DNA from: a plasmid
Sequence record: NZ_CP023509.1
Length of the DNA stretch: 39,540 nucleotides
Reading direction: 5' to 3' (one strand)
Shown here: positions 23,354-33,300 of the stretch, in pieces
Layout of the letters: each line of letters begins with the position of its first letter
Position numbering within the stretch: position 1 is the first letter of the stretch
Notes under the pieces: model-generated
Seen by the model: only the letters and a program-made list of their open reading frames with translations
Told to the model about the DNA's origin: nothing
Databases searched by the model: none
Position numbers and translations under genes: made by a program

Positions 23354-23471
23354 GTGGGGGGTTTAGCCGCGTTAGGTGGGGGGTTTAGCCGCGTTAGGTG
23401 GGGGGTTTAGCCGCGTTAGGTGGGGGGTTTAGCCGCGTTAGGTGTTTTTGTGGGGGGTTTAGCCGCGTTAG
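23354..23471 (+). repeat. Iterons: five copies of the 22-bp GTGGGGGGTTTAGCCGCGTTAG. Four are contiguous and the fifth follows a 6-8-bp spacer.
   Basis: Exact direct repeats at 23354, 23376, 23398, 23420 and 23450. They are followed by an AT-rich stretch (23560-23660) and the rep gene. Confidence 0.85.
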
Positions 23472-23766
23472 CTTTTGAGGTGATACCCTCTACTTCCCTT
23501 GTTTTTCCTGGGAAGTAGCTAGTTTTTTCAGGTGCCTACAAGAAGATGATTAATTCAGATGATTACGCGCACATGAAAAAATCCCCCTGTGGAAAACTCA
23601 GGGGGATGATGAGATGATGATAATAAAAAATCTCACCCTGTACTGGACATGCAAGGCCCAGAAATGTTAAGGTGAGATTAAATTGAATATGGCCCCGAAA
23701 ATGCGCGAACACTCGGAGCCATATTAAAGCAACACCTAAACAATTTGAAGCAGATAGGCGTTACCT

Positions 23767-25314
23767 GTGAAAGATTCTACCGTACCTTCGGGCACCAAGT
23801 CCACCACCGCAGATGTAGTACATCACACATCAGCTACACCTCAGAGCATCGACGCTCACGAGGAATTGGGCTACTATCCCATCGCTTTTATCTCTTGCTG
23901 CCTGCCCTATCGTGACCCGCGCAAACGCAGCGATTTAATCCCCGCAGAAGCTTTTAGCTGGACTCGACACAATGGCCCGGTATCCCTTAGCCTGACTGCT
24001 GGAAGCTACATTGACGGCAAGGGCGAAACACAGCTTCATCTTCCATTCGGTCGTTATGCACGTGTGCTTCTGATGTGGCTGACGACTTCCGCACTCAAGC
24101 ATCAGAGCCGATCCTTCCCTCTTCCTACCTCTGCCCGTGGTCTACTAGCGGAACTGAACATTGATTGGTCCCGTAGCCAGGCGCGAGACATTATCACGCA
24201 GCTTCGGGCATTGCTGGCGACTCAGTGCGTGGTGACGCACCACGAGAAGCGCAGCGATAACTTTGTGGACATCAGCGAAGAACGCTTCACGATTGGCACC
24301 CGCGCCCGCTTGCACTTCTCCACAGATGAGAATTACGGCGATTTTGACCCTTCTTCCCACTCTCACATCGAGCTTTCAGAGCAGTTCTACAGCTACCTGG
24401 TCAAGGGAAATTTCGCTCCGGTTCTCTTGGCCCGCTGGCGACGACTCATTGAGGAAAATACCTCCCCGCTGGCCGCAGATCTTTTCCTCTGGCTGGCTTT
24501 CCGTGCCCCGCAAATCAGCAAAGATACCCATATTTCGTGGGCTAATCTTCAATCTCAGGTTGGTTCCTTCGTAACCCCTGGCCGTGAACGAGATTTCGCC
24601 GCGACTGTCACCCGTGCCCTGGGCAAAGTTAGCGAAATCTACCCGGAAATGCGATTTACGATTTCCGGTACCGGAAATCGTAAAGGTTTCCGCGGTCTGG
24701 TCTTGCATCCGTCCCCGGACGCTGACCTGCTCGGTCTGAACCCGCAGTTGCAGTATGAGGCAATCGCCAAGGTTCAGTCCGCCGCTGAGCAGGCGGGGCT
24801 GGTGGAAACCTCACAGGCGTACTGTGGGGTTAACCTCCAGCAGTTGCGCGGAGAGTTACTTCATAATGGCCTGACTGCCGCTGAGCACATCGCAGATAAA
24901 GCTCTGGAGGCCGTAATCGACGTTGTAATCGGACGTGCAAAAACTCCGCCTGTCTACCCGCAAGCGTATGTCCGTAGCAGCATTATCAATGACCCATCTC
25001 TGCTTCCTGGTGCTCCTACACCCACCGTCGCAACGGGCGCACATAACCTGGCAAACATGCCCGCTGCGCCCGCAGTAGCGGCACCTGGCACTGTCCAGCC
25101 GTACCTGTGCCCCGTGCATCAGCAGATGGTCGAGGAAAAGGTCTGCCGCGATTGCGCTGTGGAGCTCAAGATGGCGGACACTGACCACACCACGGCTAGT
25201 GATTGCTGGCAAGCAATCGATAGCCGGTTGGACGCTCTGCACCACGCCGGGGTGAAGACCGCCGCTGAAAGGGTGAGCTTCACTCATTTTGCAATCATCC
25301 ACGGCGTGAATTAA
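23767..25314 (+). CDS. Plasmid replication initiator (iteron-binding Rep), inferred mainly from context
   Basis: 515-aa ORF directly downstream of iterons and DUE. GTG start, weak SD, start uncertain. No sequence motif I can name confidently. Confidence 0.5.
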   Translation: MKDSTVPSGTKSTTADVVHHTSATPQSIDAHEELGYYPIAFISCCLPYRDPRKRSDLIPAEAFSWTRHNGPVSLSLTAGSYIDGKGETQLHLPFGRYARVLLMWLTTSALKHQSRSFPLPTSARGLLAELNIDWSRSQARDIITQLRALLATQCVVTHHEKRSDNFVDISEERFTIGTRARLHFSTDENYGDFDPSSHSHIELSEQFYSYLVKGNFAPVLLARWRRLIEENTSPLAADLFLWLAFRAPQISKDTHISWANLQSQVGSFVTPGRERDFAATVTRALGKVSEIYPEMRFTISGTGNRKGFRGLVLHPSPDADLLGLNPQLQYEAIAKVQSAAEQAGLVETSQAYCGVNLQQLRGELLHNGLTAAEHIADKALEAVIDVVIGRAKTPPVYPQAYVRSSIINDPSLLPGAPTPTVATGAHNLANMPAAPAVAAPGTVQPYLCPVHQQMVEEKVCRDCAVELKMADTDHTTASDCWQAIDSRLDALHHAGVKTAAERVSFTHFAIIHGVN

Positions 25315-25428
25315 GACTCCACAGAAGCCAGGAAATAACCTGCTCTGTGTTAAGGTACACAGGTACCGATAATTGCTCAGCACTGCATATTTTCTGAGCA
25401 CACACACCAACAACCACAAGGAGGCGAC

Positions 25429-25722
25429 ATGCTCGCTGCACTAAACAACCTTCTGCTGAAAGCCGCTGTCCTGGCGGCCCCTATCAACCCCGGCGCGCCG
25501 GAACCGCCCCCCGGCGCTGACAACATCCTGACCATCATTCGCTGGGCATCATGGATTGGTGCCGCAGCTGGTGTTCTGGGCATCATCATCACTGGAATTC
25601 TGATGGTGCTCTTTAACCGTCGTGGCCAGGGCGAGGAGCACGGAAAGTCTCTCGCAATTATCATGATTGGCTGCATCGTCATTTCGTCAGCGTCTGCAAT
25701 CGTCGCGATTTTCTTGCCCTAA
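25429..25722 (+). CDS. Small membrane protein, candidate VirB2/pilin-like T4SS component
   Basis: 97 aa. Hydrophobic N-terminal segment plus two TM helices. SD AAGGAGG. First gene of the T4SS operon. Confidence 0.45.
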   Translation: MLAALNNLLLKAAVLAAPINPGAPEPPPGADNILTIIRWASWIGAAAGVLGIIITGILMVLFNRRGQGEEHGKSLAIIMIGCIVISSASAIVAIFLP

Positions 25723-25885
25723 CACTTACGCACGGGGTGCCTTCGCGCACCCCGCGCCCTTTTAACCTCTTCGGTCGCCCCATCGCCGGGGCTTCCTATC
25801 CCCTCACCATCTGCCCTTTTCCTCCACTGGTTAGGGCTTAACGGTGCACCTGGATTCCGGGTGAAGAAGATTTGGAGAACATATC

Positions 25886-26581
25886 ATGGAAAAAAAATCT
25901 GGTGTGACGCTTCCCCGCTGGGTGCTTGGCATCATTGCTGCTGTAGGCATTCTTCTGGTTCTTTTGCTGGTTGTGTTGATTCCGCGTGGCGGTTCCAGCA
26001 ACGGCCCTAGCTCGGGGACTTCGACGGGGACTGCTGAACAGCCTCTTGCGCGCGCGTCCTCCTCAGTTGCGGCCGGATCGTGTGGTGCAGGTGCCTCAGA
26101 TGACCAAGCCGTGATGGACGCGGCACCGAAGGGTACCTCATGGGTGACCACTGATGCGGGCTGGACTGGCCCGGTATCCAAGACGGCGGGACCTATGGTT
26201 TCCTCACCGGTGCGTTCCTGCTTTGAGCACTCCGCAGATGGTGCTCTGCACGCCGCTATGTGGGCTACCATCGAGATTAACGAAGCCCCGGCTGCATACA
26301 TGCCTTCGGTTGTCGGCCCTGGTGCTGAATCAATGCGTCAGAGCCGCCAGAATGATACGAAGACCCGCACGGTTGTTCGCATCATCGGCTACCGCTATGT
26401 TTCCTACACCCCGGAACGCGCGAACGTTCGCGTGCTGATGCAAACCCCTATGGGGGATGAGCGCAGCTGGGATATCGTCATGGTCTGGCAAGACGGCGAC
26501 TGGCGTTTCTGGGCACCTACGACCCTTCCGGGTGTCACTGTTGAAAGCGACACTAGCAAGTTCATCACCTGGGGCTCCTAA
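25886..26581 (+). CDS. Bitopic membrane protein, candidate VirB8/TcpC-like T4SS component
   Basis: 231 aa. N-terminal TM and a ~190-aa extracytoplasmic domain of VirB8 size. Assigned by topology and position only. Confidence 0.35.
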   Translation: MEKKSGVTLPRWVLGIIAAVGILLVLLLVVLIPRGGSSNGPSSGTSTGTAEQPLARASSSVAAGSCGAGASDDQAVMDAAPKGTSWVTTDAGWTGPVSKTAGPMVSSPVRSCFEHSADGALHAAMWATIEINEAPAAYMPSVVGPGAESMRQSRQNDTKTRTVVRIIGYRYVSYTPERANVRVLMQTPMGDERSWDIVMVWQDGDWRFWAPTTLPGVTVESDTSKFITWGS

Positions 26582-27879
26582 TGGCTGGTGAGCATGACGT
26601 TAATGCGGGCTGTGGCCCGGCAGACTTTGTCTGTGCCTCGTCTGAGGGCTTCCTGAACTCGCTCTTTCATGGTGTTACTGGCGCGCTTGGTGACCTTGCG
26701 GCGGGGCTTGGTACCTTCTGGGTCTACACCCCGGCTGTGCCTCTTGAAGGCGAAGATAACGTGGTGAAGTTCTTGCAGAACTCCACGCTGTATTACACCG
26801 GCGTGTTGCTGATTTTTAGCATCATCATTGCTGGAATTCAAATGATAACGACGCGTAAGGGCCAACCTCTGATGGATTTGCTCACCTCGCTAATACGATA
26901 CTTCGTCGTGGCCGCAGCCGCTGTTCCAGCTGTAACTCTGTTGCTCAGTGCTGGTGACCAATTCTCCAGCTGGATTATTAGTAAATCGACAGATGAGGGT
27001 TTCAGCAACTCGCTGGCTACTCTTCTTGGCGTTGCGGTCTTTACCTCTGGCATTACCCCCGGCATTGCTATTTTCGTTATCGTCATGGGCATCATTGCCA
27101 TTCTGCTGTCTGTCATGCAGATTGGCATGCTCATCATCCGCTCAGCGCTGGCGCTGCTGCTTGTCGGAACTCTCCCTCTGGCCTTCTCCGCGACAAACAC
27201 GAACTGGGGTCGGCAGTGGTCACAGAAGCAGGTTTCATGGCTGATCGCCTTCATCCTCTATAAACCGGTTGCAAGCCTGATTTATGCCGCAGCTTTTAAA
27301 ATCTTCGGCAGCTTCGGTAAAACAGACGGTGACATCGGCCAAAAAATGGTCTATTTCATCTCCGGTTTGATTCTGATGATTGCCGCGCTTCTTGCTCTTC
27401 CCGCTATGATGCGCCTGATTGTCCCGGCGGTCGGTGCAACCTCCACCGCAGGCGGCGCAATGTTCGCCGGTGCAGCTATCAGCAAGGGTGCCTCCGGTGC
27501 GGTGAACTTCGGTTCCCGTGGCGCAGCGGGCGGCGGTGCCGGTGGCGCGGCGGGCGCAGGTGCATCTGGTGCTGGTGGCGGTGGTGCCGCAACCGGTGCC
27601 GCTGCTTCTAAGGGTGCCGCTGCTGCTGGAGCGGGCGCTGCAACAGGCGGCGCTGGTCTTGCCGTTATGGCCGCAGCTAGCGCAGCATCACGTGGGGCAA
27701 AGACCATAAATTCCGCGGTGCATGATGCCGCAGGCGAACAAGCGCCGCAAAGTTCAGGCACCGGCTCAGGGTCTAAGTCTAGCGGCGGTTCTCAATCGAG
27801 CGGTAGCAGTGGCTCCTCCACGACCCGGGGCGGAAATACCCGCCCGGCACCTCCGCCCCGTCAAACCAAGGGAAGGTAA
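26581..27879 (+). CDS. Polytopic membrane protein with Gly/Ala/Ser-rich C-terminal tail, VirB6/TrbL-like
   Basis: 432 aa. At least 6 TM helices. ATG overlaps the previous stop (TAATG). Confidence 0.55.
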   Translation: MAGEHDVNAGCGPADFVCASSEGFLNSLFHGVTGALGDLAAGLGTFWVYTPAVPLEGEDNVVKFLQNSTLYYTGVLLIFSIIIAGIQMITTRKGQPLMDLLTSLIRYFVVAAAAVPAVTLLLSAGDQFSSWIISKSTDEGFSNSLATLLGVAVFTSGITPGIAIFVIVMGIIAILLSVMQIGMLIIRSALALLLVGTLPLAFSATNTNWGRQWSQKQVSWLIAFILYKPVASLIYAAAFKIFGSFGKTDGDIGQKMVYFISGLILMIAALLALPAMMRLIVPAVGATSTAGGAMFAGAAISKGASGAVNFGSRGAAGGGAGGAAGAGASGAGGGGAATGAAASKGAAAAGAGAATGGAGLAVMAAASAASRGAKTINSAVHDAAGEQAPQSSGTGSGSKSSGGSQSSGSSGSSTTRGGNTRPAPPPRQTKGR

Positions 27880-27882
27880 ATT

Positions 27883-29391
27883 ATGGCAACGCTCGATTAC
27901 AACGAGCCAACCTATGGCAACTTTCGCCGCCCAATTAGCACCGGTCTAGGTCGCTTCTCAGGCCTGGCAACCGCGCTGATTTTCGGCACTGCAATTATCA
28001 CGATTATCACGCTCCAGATTGCCGGTCTTTTCGCTGGTCTTCTCGCTGGTCTTCTTTCCTTCCTTGTGCTCGGAACCCTCTGTCTCAAGGACAGGCACGG
28101 TTACACTTTCGCTGAGCGCACCGCTGAAAGGATCATTTTCATGTTTGCAAAATTCCGCAAGCTCAATATTTTCAGGTCGGGCCCAATGGGTATGACCCCT
28201 TCAAGTAACTTCCGCCTGCCGGGTGTCGCCTCCTCAGCAACCACGTTTGACGGAAACGATAGCGTCGGCAACCCCTTCTCAATGGTGCATTTGCCCTCTG
28301 CTGGCGTTTTCTCTGTCTCACTGGCCGTCGAGCCGGACGGCGCAGCAATGGTCGATCAGAAAGACATTGACCAATGGGTCGCAAATTGGGGCGGTTTTCT
28401 CGCCATGATGGGTCGAGAAGAGGAAGGCCTTATTGGCGTTTCGGTGACTGTGGAAACCTCGCCAGGCTCCGGCTTGCGCTTGCGACATGAGATTGAATCA
28501 TCACTCTCAGCTGATGCATCGCCGGTCGCTGCACAGATGCTCACAGAAGCGGCTAAAACCTACCCCACCGGCGTGTCTGAAACCCGTGCCTGGGTGACGT
28601 TTAGCTTCTCTGCTGCTGCTCGTGCGGGAATGCGCCGCCGCACCCCTGATGAGATGATTTCGTATTTCTCATCGAAAATCTCGCTGTGGTGCTCGAACCT
28701 GGAGTCCACTGGCGCGGGCACGGCAACGCCGATGATTTCTAGCGAAATTGCACAGATCGTTCGCACCGCGTTTGACCCTGCCTCGGCTCGACTCTTTGAT
28801 GAAGCGGTCTACGAAGGTAGCCGTTCTGAGATGAGTCTATCGTCGGCGGGGCCGACTACCGCGATTGTGGAATGGCCCTACTATCGCCACGATTCGGGCG
28901 TGACGGTGTGCTGGACAATGAGTAATGCCCCGCAAGGTGTTGTCTTCTCTAACGTCCTCCAGCGTCTTCTGGAGCCGAACAAGTCTGTGGCCCGTAAAAG
29001 GGTGACGCTGCTGTACCGTCCGGTGGACTCCTCCATGACCGCGACGATTGCAGAGCAGGACGTGAACACCGCAAACGCACGTCTGACCTCCACTCGTAAC
29101 GGCTCTGCGCGCCTCGCTGCTGACTTGGCCGCTGCAAAATCCACCGCCGAAGATGAAGCGGGCGGTGCGGGACTGACCTATTTTGGATTGGTCGTTGCTG
29201 CCACGGTTGAAGAGCCCGCTGATATGACCGATGCAGTTGCTACGGTAGAGCAGAGCCTCGCCTCCTCAGCGCGAATTATGCTCCGCCGCGCGTGGGGGGC
29301 GCATGATGCTGTTTTTGCCGCAACCTTGCCTCTTGGCGTGATGCTCGGCCGCCATGCGCTGTTGCCCGAATCGGTTAAGTCCGCGCTTTAA
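27883..29391 (+). CDS. T4SS-associated membrane protein (N-terminal 2-TM hairpin + ~400-aa soluble domain)
   Basis: 502 aa. Directly upstream of the VirB4 ATPase, a position often held by VirB3-like or PrgI-like proteins. Confidence 0.45.
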   Translation: MATLDYNEPTYGNFRRPISTGLGRFSGLATALIFGTAIITIITLQIAGLFAGLLAGLLSFLVLGTLCLKDRHGYTFAERTAERIIFMFAKFRKLNIFRSGPMGMTPSSNFRLPGVASSATTFDGNDSVGNPFSMVHLPSAGVFSVSLAVEPDGAAMVDQKDIDQWVANWGGFLAMMGREEEGLIGVSVTVETSPGSGLRLRHEIESSLSADASPVAAQMLTEAAKTYPTGVSETRAWVTFSFSAAARAGMRRRTPDEMISYFSSKISLWCSNLESTGAGTATPMISSEIAQIVRTAFDPASARLFDEAVYEGSRSEMSLSSAGPTTAIVEWPYYRHDSGVTVCWTMSNAPQGVVFSNVLQRLLEPNKSVARKRVTLLYRPVDSSMTATIAEQDVNTANARLTSTRNGSARLAADLAAAKSTAEDEAGGAGLTYFGLVVAATVEEPADMTDAVATVEQSLASSARIMLRRAWGAHDAVFAATLPLGVMLGRHALLPESVKSAL

Positions 29392-29434
29392 ACAGAACGT
29401 AAACGAAAAATTTTTTGGGAATGAGGTTCTTCTG

Positions 29435-31153
29435 ATGGGTCGTAGAGTCGTCACCTCCACCGCCGAACACGAACAGAAAAGTGGTCAGCCCTCCAAGGGC
29501 TTGTTCGGTGCGGTGAAGTCATTGTTTGCTCCGCCTGCTGATGCTCAGGAACGGTACTATGGTCGGCTTCGTGGCTACGCGGTGCCCGGTGGCGGCGCGG
29601 CGCACCTGTTCGAGTCTCCGCGTGAATGGCGCGGCTCGACTCGTCAGGTGTGCGGCCTCTGGCCTTTTTCGGCTGGTTCCTCCACTCCGTTCTCTGGTGC
29701 CCCAATGGGCATTGATATCGACACGAACGCCCCGGTCGGCTGTGACCCGATCTCATGGTTTGTGGACGGCATCATCAACAATCCGTCAGTTTTTATTCTG
29801 GGTCTTCCTGGCTACGGTAAAAGCACCTTTGTTCGCCACATGCTTCTTGGCATGAACGGTCGCGGCATTATCCCGCTAATCCCTGGAGACTTGAAGCCGG
29901 ACTATGTGGACGAGGTGCTGGCTATGGGCGGTCAGGTCATCAAGCTTGCTCCCGGTCATGGGCACCTGAACATCCTTGACCCTGGCGAACTTAGCGATAT
30001 CGCACCTTCTCTTCCGCCACGTACCCGTGAACGTTTGATGGTTGATGCTCATTCCCGAAAGTTGCAGATGCTCTCGGCGCTCATCTCGATTCTGCGCAAA
30101 GGCCATGTGACCCCGCACGAAGAAACCATCTTGGACGCTGCCCTCACCTGGCTTGAAGAAAATCATGACGGGGTGCCGGTCATTCAGGATTTGCTCGACG
30201 TGATTGTGGCCCGCCCGCAGGCTTTGCAGGACGTGGCACTAGACCGCGGCGACGAAACCCGCTACCGTGACTCAACCGATATGTTGGTCGCTTCGCTGAT
30301 GTCTCTGAATGGGCAGGGGCGTTTTGGAGACATGTTCTCTAAGCCTACCTCGGAGAGTCTGCGCATGGACCGCCCGGCGGTTTTTGACATCAGCCAAATT
30401 TCCGACATTCAGCGTGACGTGCAGGCCGCAGCGCTCCTGGCGTGCTGGTCTACGACGTTTGCATCAGTGGAAATTGCACACACTCTGGCGGATGAGGGCC
30501 TGAAGCCGCGCCGGAATTATTTCGTCGTTCTTGATGAGCTCTGGCGCGCGCTCCGTGCGGGCGCTGACATGGTAGACCGTATCGACTCACTGACCCGTCT
30601 AAACCGCCGTGATGGTGTCGGTCAGGCCATGATTACCCATACCATGAGTGACCTTGATGCACTCCCGACAGAATCGGAACGTGAGAAAGCCCGCGGTTTC
30701 GTGGAGCGTTCCGGTCTGGTCGTTACCGGTGCGCTGCCTCAATCGGAAATGGACAAGCTACGCCGTGTGATGCCGCTGTCGCAATCAGAAGCGGCCCGCC
30801 TGGTGTCCTGGGCTGACCCGGGCTCTTGGTCACGCATCACGCAAAACCGTTCTGTGACTGGTGCACCCCGTCAGGCTCCGGGCGTGGGTCGATTCATGAT
30901 TAAGGTCGGCGGGCGTCCCGGAATCTCTGTGATGGTGCGCCTCACCCAAGTTGAGATTGACATGAACAACACCAACAAACGCTGGGGGAACGCGGACGGA
31001 TCGGTTCACGTCGCCACAGACAATGAAGTGACAAATGCACTCGTTGGTGTTGCTACTCCTCCGCCTGCTTCCGCTGCTGAGCCTACGGCTGATGCACTGA
31101 AAAATTTGACCCCTAGCCCGGAAGGATACGGCTACTATGAGCACGCCTCATAA
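29435..31153 (+). CDS. virB4: VirB4-family T4SS ATPase
   Basis: Walker A GLPGYGKST. Walker B FVVLDELW. The track ORF starts at 29354 and overlaps the previous gene, so the ATG at 29435 (MGRRVV) is preferred. Confidence 0.85.
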   Translation: MGRRVVTSTAEHEQKSGQPSKGLFGAVKSLFAPPADAQERYYGRLRGYAVPGGGAAHLFESPREWRGSTRQVCGLWPFSAGSSTPFSGAPMGIDIDTNAPVGCDPISWFVDGIINNPSVFILGLPGYGKSTFVRHMLLGMNGRGIIPLIPGDLKPDYVDEVLAMGGQVIKLAPGHGHLNILDPGELSDIAPSLPPRTRERLMVDAHSRKLQMLSALISILRKGHVTPHEETILDAALTWLEENHDGVPVIQDLLDVIVARPQALQDVALDRGDETRYRDSTDMLVASLMSLNGQGRFGDMFSKPTSESLRMDRPAVFDISQISDIQRDVQAAALLACWSTTFASVEIAHTLADEGLKPRRNYFVVLDELWRALRAGADMVDRIDSLTRLNRRDGVGQAMITHTMSDLDALPTESEREKARGFVERSGLVVTGALPQSEMDKLRRVMPLSQSEAARLVSWADPGSWSRITQNRSVTGAPRQAPGVGRFMIKVGGRPGISVMVRLTQVEIDMNNTNKRWGNADGSVHVATDNEVTNALVGVATPPPASAAEPTADALKNLTPSPEGYGYYEHAS

Positions 31154-32849
31154 GAAGAGGATTGACACTGAAACCATTGCCCTGTGGGTTGGTTTGCTTC
31201 TCGTTCTTTCTGTCACCGTAGTTTTCTACGCGGGCTATCTCCTCGGTGCATTGCTGACCGGTGCCCGCATCACTGAATGGAACCCGCTAGCGGCGGCCCT
31301 GGGCGTGATGCGCGGTACCGCCCCCTGGTCGGTGGCTTCCACCGTTGCTTCCTCCTTGGTTGCGGTGGCATTGTTGGTTGCGGCTGGTGCGTTTATTTGG
31401 CGCAAGGTAGTTAATGCGACCCCTGCAACTCGCGTGGATAAAGCCGGTGCCATGATGGGCTCCGGCGCGGACATTGCGTTCATGAAAAAACGCGCTGCCC
31501 TAGCTGAGGCTCGCCGTCTTGGCGTAGACTCACCGGGGCTTCCGATTGCAAAAACGCTCAGCGGTGAAATGCTGTTCTCTGGGTGGGAAAATGTTTGCGT
31601 GGACATCTGGGGTCCCCGCACCGGTAAGACCACTTCTCGCGCTATCCCTGGTATCTTGGCGGCACCCGGTGCGGTCATTGTCACCTCGAATAAGCGTGAC
31701 GTTCTGGACGCGACACGCGGGGTGCGTGAAGAGGCAGGGGACGTGTGGATTTTTGACCCTCAGCAGGTCGCGGCTCAGCCGCCGACGTGGTGGTGGAATC
31801 CTTTGTCCTATGTCGTCGATGAGGTGAAGGCAAAGAATTTGGCTGAGCATTTTGCCTCCGGCTCTCGTGAAGAAGGTGCGCGCACAGATGCCTTTTTCGA
31901 CTCCGCAGCTAAAAACCTTTTGGCCGGTCTGCTTCTGGCGGCGGCAAAAAGCAGTCAGCCCATCACCACTGTTTATCGCTGGCTAACGAGCCCCACTGAT
32001 GATAGTGCGGTCGTAATCCTGGAAGAGGCCGGCTACACGCAGATTGCACAAACTGTGGACGACGCGATCAATTCACCCGATAAACAGCGTGCCGGCGTGT
32101 TCAGCGTTGCTCTGCAAATGGCAAGCTGCCTGATGTCTCCGGCGGTCTTGCAATGGGTTACCCCTCCGGCGGATGATGAATACCGTCCTGAATTTAGTGC
32201 CCACGATTTTGTCCGCGCCAGTAACACGCTCTATCTTTTGTCGAAGGAAGGCGCGGGTACAGCTGGCCCTCTGGTCACCGCTCTCACTGTGGCGGTTGTG
32301 GAAGCTGCCGAAGAGCTGGCTATCGCTCAGGGTGGGCGTTTGCGACTACCGATGGTTGCCATGCTGGATGAAGCCGCGAATGTGTGCAGGTGGCGCGAAT
32401 TGCCGAACCTTTACTCCCATTATGGATCGCGTGGAATCGTCATCTGCACTATCTTGCAGTCTTGGTCTCAGGGAGTTGTTGTCTGGGGTCGTGAGGGAAT
32501 GCGCAAGCTCTGGAGTGCCGCGAACATCAAAGTTTACGGCGGCGGCGTGAGCGAAACTGAGTTCTTAAATGAGCTCAGTCAGCTTATCGGCGATTATGTC
32601 TACAGCACCGTCTCGGTTTCGCGAAACCGAAATTCTGGCTCCTCGCGCAGCATTGACAGTGATCGCAAAGACCGGATTTTGGATGTCTCAGATTTGGCTG
32701 CTCTGCCTCGCGGTCGAGCGGTAGTCTTTGCCTCTGGTGCACCGGCGGTGCTGGTGCAGACAACCCCGTGGTATCGCGGCGAAAATGCAGCTGCGGTGAC
32801 CGCCTCGCTGAAAAAATATGACCCGGCCCACGCTAACGCTAAGGGGTAA
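31137..32849 (+). CDS. virD4: VirD4/TraG-family type IV coupling protein
   Basis: 570 aa. Two N-terminal TM helices. Walker A GPRTGKTT. MLDEAANV. Overlaps virB4 by 17 nt. Confidence 0.85.
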   Translation: MSTPHKKRIDTETIALWVGLLLVLSVTVVFYAGYLLGALLTGARITEWNPLAAALGVMRGTAPWSVASTVASSLVAVALLVAAGAFIWRKVVNATPATRVDKAGAMMGSGADIAFMKKRAALAEARRLGVDSPGLPIAKTLSGEMLFSGWENVCVDIWGPRTGKTTSRAIPGILAAPGAVIVTSNKRDVLDATRGVREEAGDVWIFDPQQVAAQPPTWWWNPLSYVVDEVKAKNLAEHFASGSREEGARTDAFFDSAAKNLLAGLLLAAAKSSQPITTVYRWLTSPTDDSAVVILEEAGYTQIAQTVDDAINSPDKQRAGVFSVALQMASCLMSPAVLQWVTPPADDEYRPEFSAHDFVRASNTLYLLSKEGAGTAGPLVTALTVAVVEAAEELAIAQGGRLRLPMVAMLDEAANVCRWRELPNLYSHYGSRGIVICTILQSWSQGVVVWGREGMRKLWSAANIKVYGGGVSETEFLNELSQLIGDYVYSTVSVSRNRNSGSSRSIDSDRKDRILDVSDLAALPRGRAVVFASGAPAVLVQTTPWYRGENAAAVTASLKKYDPAHANAKG

Positions 32850-32851
32850 TC

Positions 32852-33241
32852 ATGAGCGAATTTGAAGAGCCGTTTGATGAAGATGAAATCGACACAGTAT
32901 TCCCCAATGCTGGTGAGTTCGTGCAGAGTTGGCTTCTGCCAGTTTTCAACCGGAAGGCGAACGGGCGCGATGTCTTTTGGTGCCCTGAGTGGTGGAAGCA
33001 CCCGGAAGCGGTCTTCCGTCTGACGAGCTTGTGGAGGTCGTGGGAAGTAGCGCGTGCTGAACCCGCCACAATGGGGTCATGGACACGTGACCAGCTGGAT
33101 TACCACCTGCAAATTCTTATGTCATCCACCGGGCCCTTCCGCTACTGCTCGCTGACTGAACACAACTCTGAGCGTTATCAGCGAGACACGGCGGCGCTGA
33201 TTAAAGAACCTCCGCCTGGGGTCTTCGACATGCTGATTTAA
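32852..33241 (+). CDS. Small conjugation-associated protein (possibly DUF4913-like), function unknown
   Basis: 129 aa with an acidic N-terminus. Immediately follows the coupling protein. The WCPEWWKHPEA motif is assigned from memory of actinobacterial T4SS clusters and is uncertain. Confidence 0.45.
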   Translation: MSEFEEPFDEDEIDTVFPNAGEFVQSWLLPVFNRKANGRDVFWCPEWWKHPEAVFRLTSLWRSWEVARAEPATMGSWTRDQLDYHLQILMSSTGPFRYCSLTEHNSERYQRDTAALIKEPPPGVFDMLI

Positions 33242-33300
33242 ACGCAAGCAGAGGGGGTCACGACACATCATGTGTCGTGACCCCCTCTGCTTGCGTTTAA
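33238..33300. terminator. Bidirectional terminator (27-bp perfect inverted repeat)
   Basis: aaacgcaagcagagggggtcacgacacat c atgtgtcgtgaccccctctgcttgcgttt lies between convergent genes. Confidence 0.75.

Noticed and set aside
24856-26301. Minus-strand ORFs 24856..25419 and 25831..26301
   Set aside because: Overlap rep and the T4SS genes in antisense. No supporting signals.
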